A stretch of 64,000 bases of DNA from the human T2T-CHM13v2.0 reference genome, Homo sapiens: NCBI RefSeq assembly GCF_009914755.1, contig NC_060940.1; one strand, written 5' to 3'. The notes below the pieces were generated by a model. That model was given only the letters and a program-made list of their open reading frames with translations. It made no database searches and was not told where the DNA came from. This document shows positions 41,827-53,169 of the stretch, one piece after another. Position 1 is the first letter of the stretch. Every line of letters begins with the position of its first letter. A program made the position numbers and the translations under genes.

Positions 41827-44727
41827 TGACCTCTCATTTCCTTTTCTGGTCCTGACCTCTGAGTTCATTGAAGCCATGGTTTTCCACAGTCTTTCTCTTC
41901 AGACAGCATCTTGTGATATTCCTCCTAGCAACCCTCTTCTGTAATCTGTGGATAATAATAGAAATATCTATTATCTATTAGTAGGGATACTTGCAAGAAA
42001 TAATACTTGCATTCAAGATGTGAATTAGATGGTGGCAGGTAACTCAAGTTGGGGAAATAGTACCCAAAGGCACTATTTTCACCAGCAAATGCCTACTAAC
42101 CTTGAGACCTAGATGAAACTTCCACACATAAAGGAAGGAGGAGAATACATACAAAAACACTTACAACATTACAACTCAGGAGATGACCCCAAATACCAGC
42201 ATGTAATTTCTGTTTCTCTCACATATTTGATGTGTAATTTAACCCTGAAAATTCCTTATAACGTTTCTGAACTTCATTTTTCCTATCCATAAAACACTAC
42301 AATTTGGCAAACCTAGAGTTTCCTATAAGCACCTAATTTCTGGATCTTTCTGAATGTCCAAAAGTGTGCCATTGGTGCTTTTTATAATTTTCCCTTTTAG
42401 TATTTGGAAAAGCTGTGATTTCTGTTGCACCCATTCTTGAGTTCCCATCTTTTTGGAAAATTTCACCGTGACGTCTTCTTGAGTCTTCCCATATGGGGTC
42501 CCTTACTTCCTCCTCAGTACTTCCATAGCACTATATATAACTTAGTTTCTATTTCTTATCATCAAAAGTCTCATAATTACAGAGATAACTGTTTAGTTGA
42601 AAGTTAAGGGGATTTAGTGTCAGATCAACCAAACTTAAACCCAGACTCAAATAGTATTTATCCATAGATAAAAAAAAAATTCAACAATTAGTTCTTATGA
42701 GATTGATTAGGTACATTTTATAAATAAAGAAAATAAGTTTGAGAATGCTACTGTATTTAATCTTTCTGTATCAACCATGTAGCTTAATTTCTGTACTGAT
42801 AGATACTCAATAAATGTGACAGACAAAATTCTTTTTCCTCAGATAGTCCATCAAGTCAGGAAATTTTTAAATTTTATGTCCTCCATAACGCTAGGTCTGT
42901 GCTCAAAATACTAGGACTAGAATATCTTCAATAGCAACAGTATACCATGTAATCCATAAATTTGTGTTGACTAAAACTACAATGACAATAAATGTATTTT
43001 TAAATGATAGATCATAAAGACATGCTCTTCTACAATTATCATAAGAAGCAATAATTACAAGGGCAAATAATACATTCAACACTGTTTGGCTGAGTAACAG
43101 TGCAAAGACACTTTTTATAGCAAATAAAACAGTATTGAAATTGAAAAAATATAGAAAAGTATTTCCTGCAAAGTATATTCTACAATTATTTTGTCCACAA
43201 AAAAATACAATGACATTTAAAAAGTCTAAGTACAGCCTCACAACGTGACATATTTAATTCTAATCCCAGGTATTATGAGCCATTATTCTGTTCACAAATA
43301 AAAAGCTGCTTTTAAAACCCTTTACCCTCAATTCAACTTCTTTCAAATTCAAGGTTAGATTCATGAAAACAGAGAGCCACAATTTCAATTTGTTGGCAGT
43401 GCGTGAGATTATGAGATGAAAAATTAAAACTATAAATTATCCCCAGTAACTGAATTGTGTATATATGTGCATATTTATATATATGAATATATTTATAAAT
43501 ATATGTATAAGGATATATATATTCTTTTTAATGTTGATATTCATGTTTAAGTTGTGCATTTATAGAGCTTTTATAGTGATGCCCGCTGTTACCTTATCTT
43601 TTTGACTGACAATGATAGGATTTCAGTCATGCTCAGCCTTTCCGACAGTGCCAGTGATGGGATTTTTTTGAAATCTTATTACTGGTTACACTGCCCTGAT
43701 CTCAGATGGAACTTTCAATCAAAAAGGCAATCAGAAGGTTATACATTCGTGAGATTCCCTGCAAAGCCAGTGATCGCATAATACAACTTGTTGGAAGGGC
43801 CTACTTGCCTTCAGTCCTTATGTGGCTATAAAGAGTAATTGGCTACTTAGCTCTCAGCACCCGCTTTTCCTTTTCCAAAATACAGCATAGCCCAGAACTC
43901 TGTTGAGTCTCAGTGTGGAATCCAGCTGCTCCTAGGAGATTTCTAAGTCTCATGCAGAGACTTGTCTTACTTTAAGCATCTGATTAAGCAGACTCTCCCA
44001 AAGACACATTTGTATCTTTCTAAGCATTCTTGCTTCACTGGTGATACCAGTAAATCTAAGTTTCCTTTTCTTCTATATATACACATACACTTAACTGCAG
44101 ATTTTTTTCAAAACAGTTTCACTTTAAAGTTTACACCCTAGAAGTCATAATTCTGTGTGGCAAGGTTAACACTTGAATTTAAAAATAGCATATTTTAGTC
44201 ATCGTATTATAAATGTTTAGAAACTTATAACTATACTCATAAAAATATTGTTAAGAAATGCCCCCCTTAATACTCTTTAATATTCATATATGGATGTTTA
44301 AGAGACACTTTGCTAATATGATTTGATCAAATCATAGGCAGAGTAGAGGCTGAATTGATCCCATGTTGTGTCCAATCACCCAGGGATGCATCAGTTCCCT
44401 AGGTGGGAACCTTGAATTGTGAGGTAGGCAGAGGGAGATAACTTTGTCTCACTTGGCTCCAACTTAATCATTCTTCTCTATTTAGCAGAGAGTACTCTTG
44501 TTTCTGCTATGTCAATGTTGATGAAACAGACAACAATGCACATAGCTTTAAAAATATAGTCATTTCAATAAAGTTTTTAAAATGTGTTATTTAACAAATT
44601 GAGCATGGGATACTTAAATCTTAGAAAATGTTAGGAACCTTATTGATATCTTTTGGTTGGGAAAGTCCTGGCAAGTCTATTGCTAAAGTAAAACTTCAAG
44701 TCAAAATGTGTGTTTTTTATTTGTTTG

Positions 44728-44728
<1 letters not shown>

Positions 44729-44799
<71 letters not shown>

Positions 44800-44807
44800 G
44801 AGAGAGA
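44729..44807. repeat. (TG)17(AG)13+ compound microsatellite in the putative 3'UTR
   Basis: Seen directly. Confidence 0.93.
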
Positions 44808-45589
44808 TAGTTCCTGAGATTTTTAGTTTAATTCATGACACTCTAAAAGTATAGGTCAATCTTATTAGGATCAAGGTATTAGTCACTTTATTCTATGTTA
44901 CAAGACCTGAAATAGGCTTTTAAACACAAAATGCTGACACTGTGGTGGCAAAGAAAGTCAGCAAGAGATGCAAGCTTTCATTCTGTGTTCCTAGGCAAAG
45001 AGAATACTTAGGCGATATTTGGGCAACTAGTAGAGCAGACATTATCTCCTGCTCACAGAAACCACTGTACGAAGATTATCCTGTTGATTACCAATATTTG
45101 AGGATACAGATTTTATACTCCTTAAAAAATACTGTAATTATTCTGTTAGACATATTTGTGTGTCTATAATCTTTGGGCACTTCAAAGTACACTAGAAATG
45201 AGTCTGGTGTTCAAGAGATACATAAAACATAATAATCTCTCCTTGGTTTGGAAGGTGTAAGATAGTTGGAATATTACTATTGGTTATTACTGCAACTACT
45301 ACTAATAATTTACATTCACCAAGCACTTGTTTTAGACACTGTGCCAAGTCCTAGTATATTTTAAAGTCATGTTGGACCATCCCTTTGACCTCAAGAAAAA
45401 GTGTTCACTAGCCGTAATAATACGCATAAAAGATGACTTATTCTCAGCAACAGAAACTCAATAAAAAGTTGATTAAGCCACCGGATAGTTATAAATTGTT
45501 AGTATAGTATTTAAACATGCAGTTTCTGTCACAGTGAAGGTGGCCTCTAGAAGTTGGTGCGTTCAGCTTTTGAGTCAAAAACCGTTCTC

Positions 45590-45837
45590 TTCTTAGCAGC
45601 CCCGCACCAATGACTGAGATGACAGAGGACCACAGCCTGACTGCTTTAATGGATGTGTTTTCACTCTAGAACCCCCTGTCAGACTGGCAGAGATTTTGCC
45701 AGGTCCGCACTGCAGTCTAAGACTCTCTTGCCAAATCCTGCTCCCAATCCCTCTATTGTTACAAGTTTTAGGTCTGCAAACTTGTCTGAAGGTTTTCCCT
45801 GCCCAATGCGTCTGCTTCCAGAAGGACCCAAATGACA
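45590..45837 (+). mobile_element. ERVL-class LTR remnant (LTR16-like)
   Basis: 3' terminus cgtctgcttccagaaggacccaaatgaca. Confidence 0.5.
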
Positions 45838-47496
45838 CAGCTGGACTAGCCTTTAGGTGTTCCATGTTCCTCTTATGTCCCTGCTGGTATCTTGCTGTGT
45901 GATCACTGGCAAGCCATTTCTCTTCTCTGTTTCTCTATAATAAAGAGTCTTACAAACAAAAGTGACCCTTGGGATGATTTGGTTGAGTATTCTAGAATTT
46001 TAGTTTGAGTTGATGATTCTGTTAATAGATCTTCCACTGATTGAAAAAAAAATTAATGACAACAAAGGTATTTATAAAAATATATTTCACAAAGTAGGAA
46101 ACAATACAGGAGTTTCTCTGAATACAATACATGGAGTGAATAAACAATATTGCATTAAAGCAAAGTAGAAAATTAAAATGATCTGCATGTAATACTTGAG
46201 TTTTATCATACATTTTCTACTCCTAAATGGCAGGTTTGCATTACAAATTAAATATGCTCACATCTTCTAGTGCTGTTCCTTTTTGGAGTCTAAGACATTC
46301 TGTGCATCACCATGAAGATCAGGGATAGGAGTGCTAAAAACGTAAACAGTGAAATTATGTACAAATCAGTTCCTGCTCTAAAACTGTGGGGGTAAATTGA
46401 AGCATGTTTATTGGGCAGGGCATGATGTAGGTATCTAAAAGTCTAGAGTTTAAATATTCACAGGAATCAATATACTTTAGGATGTTTGTGCTTGTAGTAA
46501 AAACACCAAATACTAGGATTATGAACAAAATAGAAAACAGTCCAAAAGTTTGTCTGGGAAGATGCTGTTCCTGCCATCTCCAGTTACAATAACACTTTCT
46601 ACTCTAAAGAGACTATTAGCTCTCCTTTCGATAATATTGCCTGCCATACTCATCTCATCAAAATGTACATGTATTAAACATTCATTGTATATATATTTAT
46701 ATAAAACAATCTAAAGGATTATTAATGGATATAATTTAGTTTTTTCCCATATATCCCCTTAATCTATAGATTACCGACCTTAATAAATAAAAGCATTAAT
46801 GGACATCAATAAAATATTTATTTCGAGGATTAAACAAATAAATTCACGCGCTAGCAATAAAACCATCTGTCTCTTATGTAGTCCACTGTGTGATACAGTT
46901 TATCTTTGTGTCCTTGTGGAAGAAGATGAAGAGGAGGGAACGAGGAATCCTGCTTCTAGAAAACAAGCATGTTTGAATGGGATTTCTCTCCTCCCACCAC
47001 TGAATTGGCAAGCCCCACCCTGGAATGGATTACGAACATGTGAATATTTTAAGGCTCGACACAATATTTAAAGATGCTATTCAGTCTCTAGTGAGTGGGG
47101 CCAACAATTATGTACAATGTGTGGTCACCGTACTGTATAATCTAGGAGGCCTCTCAAAACTCCAAAAAGTTATAATGTACAGCAGACCAAGTATTGCTTT
47201 ATCATTTGTGGCGGGATCCTTATTGGTGAAGGGGAAAAAACCATTTGCATTCATAAAAATCCTTGCAGAAGACACATATCAGCAGCAGATTCCTTGCAGG
47301 TCCGTATTTTTTTTTCTAAGAAAGCACCTTTTAATTATGATTTTTTCCTCTATTTAAACCATTTATCTAAGGATTAGCCAGGATCCCAATCTTTGTCTGT
47401 GGTGGTCAGGTAAATATCAAATATCCAAGGACTTCTAGACACTCCACATACTTAATTCACACTCCACAAGATTTATAACCTCCTAACATATACTTT

Positions 47497-47507
47497 TTTA
47501 TTTTATT
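47497..47507 (-). terminator. Candidate proximal overlapping poly(A) signals (AATAAAATAAA)
   Basis: Two overlapping AATAAA ~160 nt after the stop, followed by GU-rich TGTGGAGTGT twice (47468-47459, 47448-47439). Confidence 0.45.
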
Positions 47508-47664
47508 ATCTTTTTTTGGTTCAACATTAAAATGTGGTTGAGTTTATAGATGACTGGTGCTAAACTTGCCTCTAAAACAAATAGCCACATTGGTTGTATC
47601 TAAGGGGAGTGACCCTAGAATATTACAGAATGCTCAGTTCCAGTGATTTATTTATAATCCACTG

Positions 47665-48158
47665 TCAAGTTTCTTTGTCACTTTCACCAACAGAGTAGAG
47701 TTCGCCCAGTCTCTTAAAGCGGGGACCCCAGTCACTGAGGTAGTCAAAATTCTGGTCTGAGTCTGATGTGGTGGACTCCAAGGAGCTGAGGGAGCCAGCC
47801 ACTGACCCTCGGCCTTCATAGCCATATATCTGAATGGAGTCATATGGCGGGGCCGTGGGATCATTATCTGCCTCATGCAGCCTTACATTTATAAATTCAT
47901 CGACATCAACACCATTTGGAACTGGAGCAAGCCCTTGCCTTGGCATAAACTGCAAATCTGGTTTAATATCCTTACGGGGTAAAAATCCATTAATTCCATC
48001 TGGATTTTGTAAAGTTGCAATGTCAAAAGCCTCTGTGTCCTCCTCCCCTCCTCCTTCATCATCGTAGCGAATGATGTTTTCTCGAACGTCTTCATCATCT
48101 TTGATAATTAATGGTTCATTTTTATGCCGCCGTAGAGTTACAAACAGCACCACGATGA
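47665..48158 (-). CDS. CDH8: Cadherin-8 terminal coding exon (end of TM + cytoplasmic domain)
   Basis: Translation (V)IVVLFVTLRRHKNEPLIIKDDEDVRENIIRYDDEGGGEEDTEAFD...DPTAPPYDSIQIYGYEGRGSVAGSLSSL...DYLSDWGPRFKRLGELYSVGESDKET*. Contains the p120-binding core (YDDEGGGEED) and beta-catenin-binding motifs of type II cadherins. Acceptor tttttcctctag|TC (AG at 48160-48159) is phase 1 and matches the upstream exon. TGA at 47667-47665. Confidence 0.97.
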
Positions 48159-49526
48159 CTAGAGGAAAAATATTAAATAACAGTCAGCCAAACAAGCATA
48201 TAATTTCACAAGCAACACACTATATATGTTAGGAGAGAGGGGTATTTTTACAAAATTGTATGAGCATACACCTTTAATAATATTTACTAGAAAATTAAGC
48301 TAAACATCTTTCTGAAGGATGAACATTAAATTTTGAGTAAATACTGTTCCAGATTATTGGCTTATTAAATGGTGATAGAGCTGGGTTAAAAGAATTGGCA
48401 TGCATGTATTCATGGTGAAAGTTACATTTTATGCTTTTATGATCATTAGAGTGAGTGGCACAAAATAGAAAATAGCACTGAAAGTATGACTAGCTTGATA
48501 TGTGTTTCAAGCAAGTCCTTTAACATCCTTTGGTTCCAAAGCTCCCTTCTATTAAAAAAAAAGGAGTAAACTAGGTCCTTGGGCTTTCACAGTTTTTCAA
48601 GGCACTCTCCAATTAAATTATGTTCTTTTATAAAAAAGTGAATGTCAAATTTGCATGGGCAACTTGTCTTGTGGGAGGGCTGGAATGCCTCTAGCTGGGA
48701 AGAGAAACCTGAATGTGAGAAAAGGGCAAGGAAAACATACCCAACTAGTCAGATGGGCCAAATCAAATGTGGGCTAATGGAGCAAAATATGTCATCAAAG
48801 TGATGCTTAAATCCAAGACACTGGGTGAGAAAGACAGATGGAACAAGAAAGACAGTAACTGATACCGTCTTTATGGTGTTTTGTTCCTCAAGGGTAGTAT
48901 AAGATACGACTCTCATGTTTTTCTATTTTCCTACTGTATAATCGCATTGTTATAATTGGACTTTTTTAATTAAAAGGTTATAGAATCTTAATTTGCAATC
49001 ATCATTTTAAATTGATGTTTATATGAAGGAAAATATCAGAGAAATGCAATGGTATTTTGAAGAAAACTTATTTTTAGTTTGCTCATTTGCTTTCTTTTTA
49101 TATCACCAAATTTGGGATCCGATGGACTCAGCAACCCAAACTACAATGAAACACTATTGTGGACATAGTAGAGCCTGCTGTTGCAGTGAACTGGTGTGCC
49201 TCACACCCAGAGTTCTTCTTATGCACTAGATGGTGTTGTAACGACGTAAAAGCCCTTCTCCACTGCCACCACCATTATGCCTTGTTCATCGCTTTATTGG
49301 TGATGGAATTGAAAAAGGCACTGAAAGTCCTCTTCATTTGGACATTTACTATCACAACCCTTTTTCTCTTCACTTATTAGAGATCTCAAAATGTGGAGAA
49401 GGAAAGGAAGTTCCTCTTCCCCAACGGAATGCTCTTGCCTGTGTAGATCAGAGTTTTCTGTCCTTATTTACAGTCATTTATGAATCAGAAAAAGGGTGAC
49501 CGGTAGGCTATGAAGGAAATACGTAC
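48159..49526 (-). other. CDH8: CDH8 last intron (1368 nt, GT-AG)
   Basis: GT at 49526-49525 and AG at 48160-48159; the flanking exons join in frame. Confidence 0.95.
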
Positions 49527-50228
<702 letters not shown>

Positions 50229-52209
50229 TGCGCTTTTTCAATCAGCATGGACCAGGACAACCATAACAGGTTGAATGAATGGGACCCCCTGACGGACCAA
50301 CGGAGTTTTACCGTCATCACCTTAAAAATGCAAAATATTTCTTTTACAAAAATAATCTTTAAGTGTCCCTTCCGAAGACATATATTATCTCATCTCCATA
50401 TACCATATATAAGCTTTATTTTCTTTATTTAGCCTGATAATAGGTTAAGCAAATTTGATTGAATAAAATGTCATCATATTTGAAACACATGTTTGAGAAG
50501 CTCTGTATTAAAAGATAGACTGTATGACAACACAGTTGCAAAACAATGCACTTTGTTGATTCCCACAAGTACCTAAAAAGAAGGTCATTCATGGCCTAGA
50601 GCATTCACATTAAGATACAGCAAAAGCCCTATTTACTACCCGGAGGAGATATGCCACATACATTAAAATTCTGTAGAGAAGATCTATAGTGGTTACATAA
50701 TAAGAACAAAATGAGAAGTCATAAAAGCATGTGATCCATTTTGCAGGTGTCGGTTAATTATATGGAGATATATACTGGTTGTCTGGAGCAACAGTTAAGC
50801 AATACTTAAGAATATACTTCAGTTCAAAGTAAAACTGGTCAGTGAGAAGTGATTGGTCCCACATTAGATACACAGTTCTCAAACTTTCACCCCCAAGTTG
50901 AAATATTTTGTTGTCATTCATCCTCATCTCATGAATTGCAGTCACATTGTATATAATAATTGCTAACCTGCTTTCTCATGTTGATTACTGAAAGATATAC
51001 ATTTACTCAAAATGGAAATGCTGATTAACTCTCACTGATATTACAGCCAAAAGCAAATAAACACAATTTTGGTTACTAAGTGCCTAGTGTTATTTGGGCA
51101 AAATAATTATTTGTTTTTTTTTTTTCAAATATTGGCCAATTATAGACCCCCGAACACAGGGCTACCTAATCATTGCATGTAATAGTAATGATTCCAAACC
51201 ATTGCCATCCAATTTCTGATCATCAGTATCCTATTGGTTTCCAAAATACTTAACTAAGTGAGATATCCCATTCAGATGACTTCAAATAAGTTTTGGAAAA
51301 CTACTGTACCATATAGCACTATACTAGGATTTCCAAAAATTGATAGCCATTCTCCAAAATGGATATATAGTTATATTTAATTTTGCTTTGTTTAAGATAT
51401 AAACAGGCCTATAATGCTTTTCTAATAAGCAGTCAAATAGAAAAAGCACTCTGATTTAACAATTGTTTTCTGAACTTCTTCTGGTTGTACATCATTATAT
51501 AGTAATTTGAATATACTGAGAAAAAGAGATTTCTAATGGAGTTAAGCAGTTATATACCAAATGATCCAGTAATCTTTATTGTCATGACCTAGATGGAAAT
51601 ACCAGTAAGCTAAAAGCAAGGAACATTATCTCAAAACAGATATAGAATATATAGTTGTGTTATATTTTCAGAAAGTATGTGACAAGTTTGAGTACAGCTA
51701 ATTAGTACAAAGAACATTTCTGGATGGTTTTATACATGATAGTTCAAAACAAAAGATAGAATTTGTTCTTCAAGGAACAATTAATAAAACTGAAATGAGG
51801 CTATTGTCTTTTTGTGGTTGACATTTCTATGAGAAACAATCTTTCCATATTCTCCTTTTGTAACAGACTATTATAATAATTTAGAAACTGCAGCAGGAAT
51901 ATTGCTTGCTGCAGAACAAAGCTATCTTCTTTACTACTGAGAAAAGCATTGGTGGGTCTAACACTAAATTCATACTTCTATAAATATTTTTTTACTAATC
52001 CTGGAATTTGCCTATCTTGCTCTCCTTTCTACACGCAGAAGACTGTTGACTGAGTAAAGAAAATCTATGAGTTATTCTTGCTAAATTTTACCTGCCAGTT
52101 CCAGGCAACATCAATTCCTTTTTTACCTACTCATCTATTTTTGTTTTTGTTTTTGTTTCTATTTTTGGATTGGTAATTGTATTTGTTTTCAATTTACTTG
52201 AGTTCTTTC

Positions 52210-52285
52210 ATTAGGCTGAATGAAATTGCCATTATTTTACACATCAAAAACCATAGAATATTAGCAGTTTCACAAAGCTCTAATT
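52210..52285. mobile_element. MADE2-like mariner MITE
   Basis: ttaggctgaatgaaattgccatt...gaatattagcagtttcac...ctaat; degenerate terminal inverted repeats. Confidence 0.6.
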
Positions 52286-53169
52286 ACTGTTCTTGGAATA
52301 ATTTTTTATATCTTAAATGTTGTAAATATCTTCTACAAAGTTGTGGTTTCTGCTGTAACACTCATGATGCCTTTTCATTTCATTTAAATTTTTGAATTTA
52401 ATATAGTTTATTTTGCCAATCTCTTATAATTAGTGTTTTCAAGACTTATTTTAAAAATTCTTAATTATATAAAATTATTTTTTGGTTGTTGTATTAATTC
52501 GATTGTTTTCTATACTAAAAATTGAGTTTCTCAATGTTAATTATGGAGTAACTTATAACTTACCTACTGATCATCAAAGATCATTTCTCACAAATGAAAT
52601 TTTTATGCATCCTCATTCTTTTAAGAGGTCTTTATTCTGTTTCAATAATCTGATTCTCTAACCCTCCATGAATACCCTGTTTCTTATGTATGAAAACTTT
52701 ATCATAAATCTTGGTGTTGGTTACAGCATTTTCTCATACCGTGTTCTTTAAGAATATTTTGGCTATTATTGTTCATTTGCTATTCTTGGAAAAATATAGA
52801 ATCAGATTATAAAGTTTTATAAAAATTCCTATAAGAAACTTGGTAGAAGTTATATTGAAATATTAACCAATTTTGAAATAATTACATCTTTATCATCAGT
52901 TTTCTATATTAAGAGAGTTATTTCTTAATGTTCTTCAATATATGTCAGTGAAATGTTTTTAGCTTATAAAAATGTCCACATCTTTTGTTAGATTTATTTT
53001 TGCTGCTGTATATAGTTTATTGTGATAGTAAACCTGTTTAAAATTTAGTTACCTTTTTAAAAATATATTTTCAACTCACTGCTGCTGGTATATAAAATTT
53101 AATTGTCTTATACATTGATTTTAGCTTCAGCAATCTTCTAAGACTTTCTTTTTATTTATAAAAGCGAAT

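Larger units (their letters stand above)
41307..47664 (-). other. CDH8: CDH8 long 3'UTR (distal end approximate)
   Basis: AU-rich, Alu/L1-free sequence after the stop, with Pumilio elements and miRNA seed matches, ending at an AATAAA (41332-41327). About 6 kb agrees with my unverified recollection of the reference mRNA. Confidence 0.65.

Noticed and set aside
43487-43504. 18-bp AT palindrome atatatttataaatatat
   Set aside because: Expected in low-complexity AT-rich sequence.
47439-47468. Two ACACTCCA (miR-122 8mer) sites 20 nt apart
   Set aside because: They lie on the strand antisense to CDH8, and miR-122 is liver-specific. Better explained as GU-rich downstream elements of the proximal poly(A) signal, or chance.
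47660-47664. CAGUG after the stop as an iron-responsive element
   Set aside because: CAGUG is in the stem, not the apical loop, and there is no bulged C at the IRE position.
47652-48098. Antisense and alternate-frame ORFs over the CDH8 last exon
   Set aside because: Shadow ORFs of a real CDS, with no independent start or splice support.
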